Part shown: piece by piece, positions 1 through 9,551 of the stretch | Layout of the letters: the number at the start of each line of letters is the position of its first letter | How positions within the stretch are numbered: position 1 is the stretch's first letter | NCBI GenBank assembly: GCA_044229975.1 | Contig: JBGARZ010000010.1 | Span: 32,001 to 96,000 of the forward strand | Length of the DNA: 64,000 nucleotides | Reading direction: 5' to 3' | DNA from: Polyangiales bacterium | GTDB taxonomy: Bacteria > Myxococcota_A > Polyangia > Polyangiales > Ga0077539 | The notes under the pieces: model-generated | What the model was told of the DNA's origin: nothing | Databases searched by the model: none | What the model saw: only the letters and a program-made list of their open reading frames with translations | Position numbers and translations under genes: made by a program

Positions 1-236
1 CCACGACGACCGAGCACAGCGCCATCTCCAACGGCGTGTGGGTCGACTTCGTCGGCGGGACCTACGCGCTCGTCCACGACACTCGGGCGCTCGCGGTCGA
101 CGTCTACGGGCGGATGCTGCTCGCCGTGGGAGACGACGCGGTCGACGGGTGGGGCATGCGGCGGGGGCCGCTCGTGTGGCGGCGGCCGGTGTTCACGCCG
201 CTGCGCTTCGGGTGGACGTCGGGCATGGTGCCATGA
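1..236 (+). CDS. 3' end of a hypothetical protein entering from the left edge
   Basis: The frame of ORF 36..236 stays open back to base 3 (TTTEHSAISNGVWVDF...GPLVWRRP...). Third codon positions are GC-rich. TGA at 234-236. Confidence 0.55.
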   Translation, partial: TTTEHSAISNGVWVDFVGGTYALVHDTRALAVDVYGRMLLAVGDDAVDGWGMRRGPLVWRRPVFTPLRFGWTSGMVP

Positions 237-314
237 GCCCTAACACCGGCGTGGTGTTCAGGTTGGAGGGACCGGCATTCGTGATAGACCGTCGCGGTCG
301 ACGAGCACGGCCGG

Positions 315-557
315 GTGATGGATGTGCCCGCGGTGATGGCGCGGCTCAGGGACCGGCCGCTGCGGGAGCAGGCGCAGTGGCGCTACCAGTTGATGGCGGG
401 ACGCGGTCGGCCCGCGCGGCTGCTGGAGGTGCGCCGCTGTGGCGGGCGGTTGCTCGTGCGGGTGGCGGGATGGGGGACGAGGTACAGCGATCTGATGGAC
501 TTCGACACGGGCGCGGTGACGCGTCTTCGGGACGAGGAGGAGCCAGATTGCCAGTAG
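315..557 (+). CDS. short hypothetical protein, possibly the distal part of a frameshifted gene starting at ATG 233
   Basis: Protein-like composition and G/C third positions, but it overlaps the tail of the minus-strand ORF 346..1665. Confidence 0.3.
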   Translation: MMDVPAVMARLRDRPLREQAQWRYQLMAGRGRPARLLEVRRCGGRLLVRVAGWGTRYSDLMDFDTGAVTRLRDEEEPDCQ

Positions 558-1665
558 CGGTTGGGGGCGCCGATCGATCGCAGCAACCGTGTTCGCAGCT
601 CCGCCAGGTCACCTGTTGGGCTTCGGTGGTTGGCACTCCGAGCAGGTGGACGTCCTCGATGCGGAGGAAGGCGTGCCCCTGAAACGACCCGATCATCACG
701 GGCGTTCGGCAGTCGTCTTCGACCGTCGATGCGTTGATGAGCTCGGCCCACGCACTGCCGCGGCGCACGAGGACGCGCCCAACGGCTCGCCCGCGCACCG
801 TCGCCCACGGGAGTGATCCGCGCTCGGCGTAGACCGTCGCGCCGTCGACGAGATCGGCCCTTCCGTAGAAGTCGCCGGGCGCGAGCCCGATCTGCCCGGA
901 TCCCGTCCCGCTGCCGTGGCCCGAGGTCCCGGTGTTTCCCATGCCGATCGAGTCCACCGATCGCAGCAGTCGACTCGGCAACCACCCGACCACGCGGACG
1001 CCCGACGCGTCGTCGTAGGCCGTCATCCGCCACCACGCGCCGCGACGCGCGACACGTTGCAGGCTGGTGATGTCACTGACGCGCACCGCTCGACCCGAAG
1101 CCGGGTGCTCGCGAAACCAGACGAAGCGGGTTCGCGTGATCCACATGCCTTCGTCGGTGATCAGGGGCGCTGGCGTCTCGGGCGTTTGTTCGTCGCTCGC
1201 GGCGCGCGGGAGCGGACCCTCGCTGAGCTCGAGCGCGTCGCACGGGATCGGCAGGTCATACAGCGTCATCGTCGGGAGACCGAGGTCCATCCGCACCGCT
1301 CCGCCGATGACCCGTCGTCGCGTCAGGTGTTGATGCGCTGGCAGGCGGACCATTCCCCCGTAGAGCTCGATGTCTTCCCGGCTACCGAACGCATCATCAG
1401 CGAACTCCCCGACGCCACGGAACGCGATCGGCCCCGTCGCCGTCACCGCCATGCGATCGCGACTCGCCATCGTCACGACGATCGGCGCGCCGCACATCCA
1501 GACGTCGAATGGCGGCTGCCGCGGGGCCGGAGCCACCTCGATGAAGCCGCGAAAGACGGCGGGTACTTCGCAGACCTGCGCGGCGGCTGTTCGGGGGACG
1601 AGCGCGATCGAGAGGGCGGTGAGCGTGAGACGGAAGACTCCGTGGAACGACGATCGTGCGGGCAC
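346..1665 (-). CDS. secreted hypothetical protein
   Basis: Signal peptide RLTLTALSIALVPRTAAA-Q and SH3b-like segments (RRGAWWRMTA...VVGWLP). The last ~70 aa look low-complexity, so the true end is uncertain. Confidence 0.6.
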   Translation of the reverse strand: MPARSSFHGVFRLTLTALSIALVPRTAAAQVCEVPAVFRGFIEVAPAPRQPPFDVWMCGAPIVVTMASRDRMAVTATGPIAFRGVGEFADDAFGSREDIELYGGMVRLPAHQHLTRRRVIGGAVRMDLGLPTMTLYDLPIPCDALELSEGPLPRAASDEQTPETPAPLITDEGMWITRTRFVWFREHPASGRAVRVSDITSLQRVARRGAWWRMTAYDDASGVRVVGWLPSRLLRSVDSIGMGNTGTSGHGSGTGSGQIGLAPGDFYGRADLVDGATVYAERGSLPWATVRGRAVGRVLVRRGSAWAELINASTVEDDCRTPVMIGSFQGHAFLRIEDVHLLGVPTTEAQQVTWRSCEHGCCDRSAPPTATGNLAPPRPEDASPRPCRSPSDRCTSSPIPPPARATARHSGAPPAAARADRVPPSTGSATAPAPAAAGP

Positions 1666-1747
1666 TGTGACGACAACGCGGCGGCGACCACGGGCGTGAC
1701 CCGCTCGTCGCGCGAGCGCCTATGATCGCGGCGACGCTGACGCCGAC

Positions 1748-2896
1748 ATGCCGCTCCCGCTGCCCACCGAGATCTTCTACCGCCTCTGCCTCTTCGCGGC
1801 GCTGCTCGCGCTCGTCGCGGTCCGCGTCTTCCTGCCCGACCTCTGGCGAACCCGCGCGGGTCGACTCGCGCTCGCGGCCTTCGTGCTCGTCCTCGCGGCC
1901 GGTGCGATCGGTGTCGCCACGGGCGGTGAGTCCCACGCGTGGCCGCGCATGCTCGCCACGATGATCGTGCTCGCGGTGGCGTTGCCGGCGCTGCTCGCGC
2001 TCCCGCTCTCGGCGCTGGTGCGTCGTGTCGGTCGTCGGTCGTCGCCTCCCGACTCGCCTTCGCGACGGGCCATCGTCGGGTGTGCGGCGGCCGCGATCCC
2101 GGTGGGCTGCGCCTCGCTCTCCGCGCGGGCCATTCACGTCGCGCGAGAGACCCCGGAGGTCCCCCGTCTGCGCTTCGCATTGCCCAATCTACCGCCTGCG
2201 TTGGATGGGCTCCGCGTCCTCCAGCTCACCGACCTCCACCTGGGCCTCGATCGAACGCTCCACGACCTCGAAGCCCTCCTCCGCCGCGCCGAGCGCGAGC
2301 GGCCCGACCTCGTCGTCATCACCGGCGACCTCGCCGACGACGTGACCCTCGTCGAGCCCGCGGTCCACCTCGTCGCACAGCTCCGTCCGCGCCTCGGGGT
2401 GTTCGCGATCCTCGGCAACCACGAGTACCACCCGGGCATCCGACGCACCCTGCGCGCCTTCGATCGCAGCCCCGCGCGGCTCCTCGTCGACGCGTCGGCC
2501 GTCGTCCCGGTCGGCGACGTGCGCCTTGCGCTGCTGGGCATCGACGACCCGCTGCGCTCGCGCGGGGCCGATGGGTTCTTCCGTGAGCGCATCGACCGCG
2601 CGCAAGATGGTGTTCCGAGCGACGCGCTGCGGGTGCTGCTCAGCCATCGACCCGAAGCCTTCGACGCGGCGGCCAACACAGGCGTCGCGCTCACGCTCGC
2701 GGGCCACACCCACGGCGGACAGCTCGCGGTCGGCGGTCGCGCCCTCGTCGAGCGGGCGGGCATCTCGCGCTACCCCTACGGGCGCTACACGAAGGGCGCG
2801 AGCCAGCTCTACACGAGCGCGGGCTTCGGGCATTGGTTTCCGTGGCGCGCGGGGTGTCCCGCGGAGGCGCCGCTCGTCGTGCTGGCGCGGGGCTGA
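1748..2896 (+). CDS. membrane-anchored metallophosphoesterase (YkuE-like calcineurin-type)
   Basis: Motifs DLH, GDL, GNHE, LSH and GHTHGGQ. Three N-terminal TM helices. Confidence 0.92.
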   Translation: MPLPLPTEIFYRLCLFAALLALVAVRVFLPDLWRTRAGRLALAAFVLVLAAGAIGVATGGESHAWPRMLATMIVLAVALPALLALPLSALVRRVGRRSSPPDSPSRRAIVGCAAAAIPVGCASLSARAIHVARETPEVPRLRFALPNLPPALDGLRVLQLTDLHLGLDRTLHDLEALLRRAERERPDLVVITGDLADDVTLVEPAVHLVAQLRPRLGVFAILGNHEYHPGIRRTLRAFDRSPARLLVDASAVVPVGDVRLALLGIDDPLRSRGADGFFRERIDRAQDGVPSDALRVLLSHRPEAFDAAANTGVALTLAGHTHGGQLAVGGRALVERAGISRYPYGRYTKGASQLYTSAGFGHWFPWRAGCPAEAPLVVLARG

Positions 2897-2927
2897 CCGA
2901 CGGTTCGGCAGAACGGGCAACAGTGGT

Positions 2928-3305
2928 TCAAGCGCAGAGGGACAGCGAACGCTGAATCTTGCGGAGCGCCTCAATGAACTCGGTGCCATCGAAGATCGTG
3001 CAGAAGCCGGAGCTGACCAGGTTGCTGGCGCCGCTGGCGACGAGGTGGCGTTCGAGGGCGGCGAGCTCGCTCGCGAAGGCGGCGCGCTCGGCGGCGGGAA
3101 CTGCGAGGCGAACGGCGTCGACGCCGAAGTCGAACGCCTCCAGACCGCAGCACTCCGCGACGCAAGCCCGCTCCATCGCCTGCCAGATGTCCCAGCGGTC
3201 GTGGAGGAGGTCGTCGATCGCGAGGGAGTCGGTGGGGTCGAGCGCGGTGGCTGCGGTCATCACCCAGGCGTCGGGGCCGTCATCGCTGCGATCGTCGTCA
3301 CCCAT
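2928..3305 (-). CDS. hypothetical protein with a CVAECCG motif (DUF6331-like)
   Basis: ERACVAECCGLEAFDF motif. ATG at 3305. Confidence 0.6.
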   Translation of the reverse strand: MGDDDRSDDGPDAWVMTAATALDPTDSLAIDDLLHDRWDIWQAMERACVAECCGLEAFDFGVDAVRLAVPAAERAAFASELAALERHLVASGASNLVSSGFCTIFDGTEFIEALRKIQRSLSLCA

Positions 3306-3342
3306 GATCAATGCGCGCTCCTTTGCCTGGACGAGCAAACAG

Positions 3343-3627
3343 CTACCAGCGCCAGAGCGTCGCGAGGTCGAGCTCCACCGCGTCGAAGGGCTCCGCGCGC
3401 ACCACGTCGTCGCCGCTGACAGCGAGGACGAGCAGCCACCCGTCCGTCACTGTCAGCACCCAACCGCCCGGCCCGCCGCGGCCTCGGTCGAAGGGTCCGC
3501 GCAGCTCGCCGTGGAGCTCACCGCCCGCTCGCTGATGCACAGGGCGTGGCCTCCGCATGGTGTGCAGCGTCCCCGCGATGATCTCCGCGAGCACATCTGC
3601 AGGTGCGTTGCGGTACCCGGCGACCAC
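3343..3627 (-). pseudogene. Uma2/DUF820 endonuclease remnant with the catalytic core deleted
   Basis: The N-terminal AEIIAGTL..RP..H..GPFDRGRGGPGGW is joined directly to the C-terminal VRAEPFDAVELDLATLW. The PD...EVLSPS core is absent. Confidence 0.75.
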
Positions 3628-3792
3628 CTCCGCGGAGAGGCCCGGAAACTCCGGGTCGAGCGAGCGTGGAGGGTCCGATGCGCGTTGGTACCACGGGCGG
3701 TGTGTCCTGATCGGGGACTGGAGGTCGGCCGTCGCTCCCCTCCGCTTCGCTCCGGGTGAGGCGGTGACTGGAGACGTGGCCGGGCGCTCCCG

Positions 3793-6700
3793 TTACAGGT
3801 GCGTCGCCGTCTCCTTCGCGCTCTCGCCCGGCGCGTCCGTCGTCGGCGCACCCGCCAGCGGCGGCTCGTCGATGTCGCTCGGGACGCTGGGCGCCTCGTG
3901 CTCACCGCGCACGGGATTCCGCGCCAGCTCGACGAAGCGCGCCATCGCCTGCACCGACATCGAGAAGTCCGCCGCGCGGAAGCGCGCGCGCCCGATGAGG
4001 AAGAACACCTCGGGGTGACGCTCGGTCCACGCGGGCTCCTCCACAACCAGCGACTCCAGCGTCTCGGCGGCGTCCTCGAAGCGGCTGTCGCGGTCCTGCA
4101 ACAGCGCCGCGCGGTACAGCAGATACCCGTAGAGCAGCCGCATCCCCGGGCCCGAGCGGTCGCGCACCGTCACGGGCAGCGCGGCCAGCGCCTCCAGCGC
4201 CTGCTCGTAGCGGCCGTTGTCCACCGCGCGACGCGCGTCGCCGAAGGTCTGCTCCAACTGCCGCGCGCCCTCTTGCGACATGTCGGGCCCCGGCGTCGGT
4301 GGCTCCAGCCGGATGGTCGGCTCGCGCGGCGTCGTGGTCGCGTCCCAGATGCTCGCGGCGCGGCTCAGCTCGGGAATGTCCACGGCCCCGCCCGGCGCGT
4401 GGGAAGCGGCCTCGACGGCCTCGTGCAGCACCGCATCGGAGCGGCGCGGACGGCCCGCGGCGAGCAACGACACCGCGAGGTTGGCGAGGTGCCGCGCACG
4501 GGCAGGCGCGTCGAGGTTGGACGGCAGCTCGTTTTCGACGCGGCCGTAGGTCCAGTCGTCGCTGTACATGGTCTCGACGTAGCCCGAAAACGCGTCGAAC
4601 CCGATGAGGTCGCGCGGCGCCGCGAACTCGATGAGCGCGTTGTCGTCGGTGTTGAGCGGAGCGGGGATGCGGCGGCAGGTCGGCAGCGCGCACTCACCCA
4701 GACCGTTGGAGCGCAGGTCGGTGCGCCAGCTCCCGCGTTCGAGGCGCTCGTCGAGGTGGGCGAAGCGCTGCACCTCCTCGCGGCTGGCGAAGAGCATGCG
4801 CGCGAGAAGATCGGAGGCCGACGTGGCGTGCGAGGGCTCGATGGCCGCGCGGATGGTGGGATTCTGGAGCTGCCGGTCGATGTGCGCGGGGTCGAGGGGG
4901 ATGGGCCGGAAGGAGCCCAGCATGATGGTGTCGGAGCTGTACGCATCCGCCGCAAACACCCGCACGTACGGGAACACCGACGCGAAGGTCCGGTAGATGG
5001 TCTTGATGTTGTTGGGCGACATCTCGTAGAGCTGCACCCACTGCACGAAGATGCCGTCCGGGGTGAGCGACTGCGTCGCCGCGCGGAAGTGGTCGGCGGT
5101 GAAGAGGTTGGAGACGCCGGTGATCCACGGGTTGGACGGCTCGGAGATCACCACGTGGTACCGGCGGTCGGTGCCCGCGAGGTAGTTGCGGCCGTCGTTG
5201 TTGATGAGGTTGAGCCGCGGCATCTCCACGAAGGGAAACTGGCGCTCGCGGGTGAACGTGAGGTGGTTGACGTCGGCGAAGTAGCGCGCGGCGTCGGGGA
5301 TCCAGCGCTCCAGCTCCACGTCGTCCACGCGCCGCACCGGAAACTGCAACGTCGTCCCGATGGTCACGCCCGAGCCGAAGCCGACGATGGCGACGTCGAG
5401 GTTCTCGGGCCCGCGCGGATGCAGCAGCAGCGGATAGCCCGCGACGAGCACCTGCGTCGGCATGTCGTCACCGTTGGAGGCGTCGACCTTGCCGTTGTTC
5501 TTGAGCGCGAAGTGCACGCGGTCGGCGCCGAGGGACCAGCGCTCGACGGTGACCGTCGTCGTGACGCCGTCGCGGTAGTAGATGGGGTTGTCGCTGCCGA
5601 GGTGGGTGGCGCGGTCGCCGGCGCCCTGCTCGATGCAGCGTCCGTCGCGGCGCTGGATCATCCCGTCGGCGAGCGAGAGGCGGAAGACGCCGGTGGTCAT
5701 CTCGGCCTGGTCCCACGGGCGGGGGAAGATGCGGAGCGTTCCGCGCGAGCGGGCGAGGCGACCCTCGCGGCCGAGCGTGGCGCCGACGGTGGTGACCGCG
5801 AGCAGCACCGCGCACAGCGGGACGAGGAGGTACTTCACGGGCTCCTCGCCGGGGGAGGCGAGCAGCAGCGCGAGGGCGAGCGCGAGGTTGACCGCGACGG
5901 CGATGTACATGGCCGTCTCCATGCCGACCCACGGCATGATGACGAAGCCCGTGAGCAGCGACCCGAGGATCGATCCGATGGTGTTGACCGTGTAGACCGA
6001 CGAGGTGTCCTGGCCGACCTTGTCGCGGCTCGCGGCGTAGGCGCGCACGCCCAGCGGGAACGCCGCGCCCATGCCGACGGCAGCAGGCAACGCGCAGAGC
6101 AGGGCGGTGACGAAGGAGAGCCACTGGATGGCGCCGACGTGTTCGGAGAAGCGCACCGTCTCGTGGGCGTCGCAGTTGGTCGTCGACGACAGCGCCAGGT
6201 AGACGAACATGCGCGGGATGCGGTCCTGGAAGAAGTACGTGACGATGGCGCCCGAGGCGATGAGGAGCTGCGTGATGGAGAGCGCCAGGGTGGGGCGACG
6301 CCACGCGGCGGAGATGGCGGTGCCGAGGAGCACGACGAGGGTGGCGATGACCCAGATGAGCCGCGACACGCTGGTCTGGTAGACGACGAACTGGAGCAGC
6401 GCGACGGCCTCGATGGACCCGGCGATGGCGAGCGTGACCATGGGGGAGGGGCGCGCGCGGAGGATGGCGGAAGCGAGGCCGGCGCCGCCGCCGATGCCGA
6501 TGAGGAAGCCCATCAGGATGATGGTGAACGAGTAGATCGACGACCCGATGACCATGTCGAGCGCGCGGGAGAGGATCACCTCGTAGGCGAGCGCGGCGAA
6601 GCCGGAGCCCGCGGCGGCGAGCAGCACCACGATGCGGGTGGTGCGGGTTGCCGTCTCTTCGAGGAGGTCGTCCTCATCGGCGACGGCCTCGGGCGCGTCG

Positions 6701-7470
6701 GGCAGATCGTCGGCGGTGGTCTCGGCGGGCGCGTCGGGGAGGGCCTCGCGCTGCGGGAGGAGCTCGCGCCACGAGGCGGGCCACGCGTTGCCGAGGAGCT
6801 GCTTGCGGAAGACGACGATGAGGGCGGCGAGGGCGAGGTTGGTGCAGGCCGCGGCGGCGTTGGTGAACGAGAGGCCCATGTTGGGCAGGAGGAAGAAGCC
6901 GGCGAGGAAGGTTCCGGCGACGGCGCCGAAGGTGTTGGTGGCGTAGAGGGCGCCGACGCGCTGGCCGATGCCGCCGCCCTGGCGGATGAAGTGCTTGGCG
7001 AGCAGCGGGAGGGTGGCGCCCATGAGGGTGGTGGGCGGCAGGAGCACGAGCGCGACGACGACGAAGCGCAGGAGGGTGAAGACGTCGAAGCGGTTGCCGC
7101 CGTGGTTGGTGACCCAGTGCGAGAACGGGGGGTAGACGCCGCGGATGACGAAGGGGATGACGAGCGCGAGGACGCCGACGCCGGCCTCCATCGCGGCGTA
7201 GGTGAGGATCGGGTACTTGAGCCGGTCGGTGAAGCGCCCGAAGATGAAGGAGCCGAGCGCAAGGCCTCCCATGAACGCGCTGAGCACCGTGCTGATCGCC
7301 GGCGTGGAGGCGCCGAAGACGAGGGTGAGCATGCGGGTCCAGATGACCTCGAAGACGAGGCCCGAGGCGCCCGACAGGAAGAAGCAGAGGAAGGGCACCA
7401 CGAGCGCGCCGAGCCCGAGCGGGCGAGCGGTGGTGGCGGGCGAGGACGGAGGCGGCGGGGGGGTCGACAC
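3793..7470 (-). CDS. fused multi-pass membrane / spermidine-synthase-like protein with a helical (TPR-like) C-terminus
   Basis: FFLSGASGLVFEVIWTRML TM repeats. Methyltransferase-fold motifs NGKVDAS, VGFGSGVT, VELE, NDGRNYL and ISEPSNPW. Confidence 0.9.
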   Translation of the reverse strand: MSTPPPPPSSPATTARPLGLGALVVPFLCFFLSGASGLVFEVIWTRMLTLVFGASTPAISTVLSAFMGGLALGSFIFGRFTDRLKYPILTYAAMEAGVGVLALVIPFVIRGVYPPFSHWVTNHGGNRFDVFTLLRFVVVALVLLPPTTLMGATLPLLAKHFIRQGGGIGQRVGALYATNTFGAVAGTFLAGFFLLPNMGLSFTNAAAACTNLALAALIVVFRKQLLGNAWPASWRELLPQREALPDAPAETTADDLPDAPEAVADEDDLLEETATRTTRIVVLLAAAGSGFAALAYEVILSRALDMVIGSSIYSFTIILMGFLIGIGGGAGLASAILRARPSPMVTLAIAGSIEAVALLQFVVYQTSVSRLIWVIATLVVLLGTAISAAWRRPTLALSITQLLIASGAIVTYFFQDRIPRMFVYLALSSTTNCDAHETVRFSEHVGAIQWLSFVTALLCALPAAVGMGAAFPLGVRAYAASRDKVGQDTSSVYTVNTIGSILGSLLTGFVIMPWVGMETAMYIAVAVNLALALALLLASPGEEPVKYLLVPLCAVLLAVTTVGATLGREGRLARSRGTLRIFPRPWDQAEMTTGVFRLSLADGMIQRRDGRCIEQGAGDRATHLGSDNPIYYRDGVTTTVTVERWSLGADRVHFALKNNGKVDASNGDDMPTQVLVAGYPLLLHPRGPENLDVAIVGFGSGVTIGTTLQFPVRRVDDVELERWIPDAARYFADVNHLTFTRERQFPFVEMPRLNLINNDGRNYLAGTDRRYHVVISEPSNPWITGVSNLFTADHFRAATQSLTPDGIFVQWVQLYEMSPNNIKTIYRTFASVFPYVRVFAADAYSSDTIMLGSFRPIPLDPAHIDRQLQNPTIRAAIEPSHATSASDLLARMLFASREEVQRFAHLDERLERGSWRTDLRSNGLGECALPTCRRIPAPLNTDDNALIEFAAPRDLIGFDAFSGYVETMYSDDWTYGRVENELPSNLDAPARARHLANLAVSLLAAGRPRRSDAVLHEAVEAASHAPGGAVDIPELSRAASIWDATTTPREPTIRLEPPTPGPDMSQEGARQLEQTFGDARRAVDNGRYEQALEALAALPVTVRDRSGPGMRLLYGYLLYRAALLQDRDSRFEDAAETLESLVVEEPAWTERHPEVFFLIGRARFRAADFSMSVQAMARFVELARNPVRGEHEAPSVPSDIDEPPLAGAPTTDAPGESAKETATHL

Positions 7471-7540
7471 GGCGGGCGACGGACTAACGCGAATGGGCGG
7501 AGAGCGCCATATCCCGGGGGAAGTGGCGATACGGACGCGA

Positions 7541-8456
7541 TCAGCGGGCGTCGGCGTCGGCGAGCCAGGCGGCGAGCGCGGCGGGGTCGAGGTCGATCAC
7601 GACATCGCCCAGGCGCTCTGGCCCGAGGGTGTGCAACCGCTCGCGCAACCGCAGCTCTTCGTGCGGGGCGATCGGGTGCGCGAGCCAGCGTTCGAACAGA
7701 TGAACGATGGCCGCGACGCCCCGTGCTTCACCCCGCGCTTCACCTCGCGCTTCACCTCGCGCTTCACCCCGCCGGTAGGGCCACGAACGCTCGATCAGTC
7801 CTTCGTCCACGATACCCATGAGCCACTCCCTGATGTTCGGCTGCGCTGCCGTCGATTCTGCCACGACCGTCATGGCCGTCACCACCTCGACGAGCTCGCT
7901 CGTGTCCCGCGCCCGCGCTCGCACAGCGTCCAGGGCCTGCGGCAACGTCGCGGGCGAGGCGTCGCGCACCAACGGCGCGAACACCAGCCACAACAGACTC
8001 CCGCGCGCCACCAACTCGGCGACCGTCAACTGATAGACCGGGTCGATGCGGAAGCGGTGCCCCCGAGAAGCGCTCCCCACGCGGCGACACCCGGTACCTC
8101 CCCCACGCCGGCCACGGCGCCGCGCGCCCCGACAGCAGCACCACCGTGCTGGCGATGGGCGACCTCTCCAGCGCGTTGTGGGGGTCGCGTTGCGCCAGGG
8201 TGAGCAGCGCCTGGTACTCGTAGACCCGCGCTGCCGTCTCCCGCGTCCACTCCCACTCCCACTCGACGTGCAGCCAGCGCCGCCGCCCGTCGATGCGCAC
8301 CGACAGAACCCGGTCGAGGCGTCGCTCGCTCGCGGCCACCTGCGTGTCCTGCCAGCCCTCCACCTCGAAAGTCGCGCGAGCGCCCAGGACGCCCTGCGCG
8401 TAAGCGTCCGGCATGCGTTGGGCGACGTGACGAAGCGTGATGTCGAGATCTCCCAT
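7541..8456 (-). pseudogene. Rpn/DUF4351-like PD-(D/E)XK protein, frameshifted
   Basis: The N-part (MGDLDITLR..ERRLDRVL..LHVEW..RVYEY) is in one frame. The C-part (HRFRIDPVYQ..GEARGEARGEARGEARG) is in another. One extra base lies near the G5 run at 8060-8064. Confidence 0.75.
7723..7770 (-). repeat. 12-bp tandem repeat (about 4 units) encoding GEAR
   Basis: Plus strand cttcacc(c/t)cgcg repeated. Confidence 0.85.
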
Positions 8457-8683
8457 CGCAGTCTCCAAGGGTGCCAAGACGTCCGTGCGACCGAGCACAT
8501 CGCAAGCGGAGGGCCAGCGGGATGGGGCGCGGAATCACCCTATTTTCTCGACGAACGTCGACACGCTCCGAGGTGGCGGCGGTGGCGGCGGGGGTGGCGG
8601 CGAGGGTGGCGGCCAACGCGGCATCGCCAGGCGCACACGACTCAACCACCACCAGAGCGCCGTGATACTCCCAGCGCCCCGCC

Positions 8684-9541
8684 GTGCGCAGAGACGTCTC
8701 CCTCTCCCTCGTCGCCCTCGTCGCCGCGATGGTGTCCGTCCAGTTCGGCGCCTCGCTCGCCAAGGGACTCTTCCCTGCGCTCGGCCCCGAGGGGACCACC
8801 ATCTGCCGCTGCGGCCTCGCCGCCGTGATGCTGCTCGCCCTGCGCCGCCCGTGGCGCCAATCACTCTCCCGCCCGGCCCTCGTCGCCGTCGGCCTCTACG
8901 GGGCCTCGCTCGGCCTCATGAACCTCCTCTTCTACCTCTCCATCGCGCGCATCCCGCTGGGCGTCGCCGTCGCGCTGGAGTTCACCGGGCCGCTCTCCGT
9001 CGCCCTCTTGGCGTCGCGCCGCGCGCGTGACCTTGCGTGGGTCGTTCTGGCGGCGGTCGGCATCGCGCTCATCCTCCCGCGCGCCGATGCGCCGCGACGC
9101 CTCGACCCGGTGGGCGTCGCGCTCGCGATCGGAGCGGGCGCCTGCTGGGCGCTCTACATCGTCCTCGGGCAGCGCGCGGGGAAGGCCGTTCCCGGTGGAG
9201 CTGCGAGCGCCCTCGGGATGTCCGTCGCGGCACTCGTCGTCGCGCCTTTCGGCATCGCTCGCGCGGGCAGCCGGCTACTCACACCGTCGCTGTGGCCGCT
9301 GGCGCTCGCCGTCGCGGTGTTCTCCAGCGCGCTGCCGTACTCGCTGGAAATGCACGCGCTGCGACGGCTGCCCGCGCGCACCTTCGGCGTGCTGATGAGC
9401 CTGGAGCCCGCGCTCGCCGCCCTCGCGGGCCTCGTCGTGCTGCGCGAGCACCTGACCGTCGCACAGGGGGCAGCCATCGCCTGCATCATGGCCGCCTCGC
9501 TCGGCAGCGCGGCCTCTGTCGGTCGCAGCGCCGAGTCGTAG
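8684..9541 (+). CDS. rhtA: EamA/DMT transporter, RhtA-like threonine/homoserine exporter
   Basis: SVQFGASLAKGLFP, RIPLGVAVALEFTGPL, SALPYSLEM and FGVLMSLEPA. Confidence 0.85.
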   Translation: MRRDVSLSLVALVAAMVSVQFGASLAKGLFPALGPEGTTICRCGLAAVMLLALRRPWRQSLSRPALVAVGLYGASLGLMNLLFYLSIARIPLGVAVALEFTGPLSVALLASRRARDLAWVVLAAVGIALILPRADAPRRLDPVGVALAIGAGACWALYIVLGQRAGKAVPGGAASALGMSVAALVVAPFGIARAGSRLLTPSLWPLALAVAVFSSALPYSLEMHALRRLPARTFGVLMSLEPALAALAGLVVLREHLTVAQGAAIACIMAASLGSAASVGRSAES

Positions 9542-9551
9542 CGTCGGTCGC

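Noticed and set aside
3799..7821. 1340-aa plus-strand ORF, and similar long ORFs such as 40391..45037 (-), 11935..14343 (+), 20289..22163 (-) and 23470..25446 (-)
   Set aside because: These are antisense shadows of motif-bearing genes. They are Arg/Ala/Gly-rich with no domains, as expected at this GC content.
8572..8613. Four GGTGGCGGC units upstream of the Rpn-like and rhtA genes
   Set aside because: Short GC-only low-complexity repeat with irregular spacing. No function can be supported.
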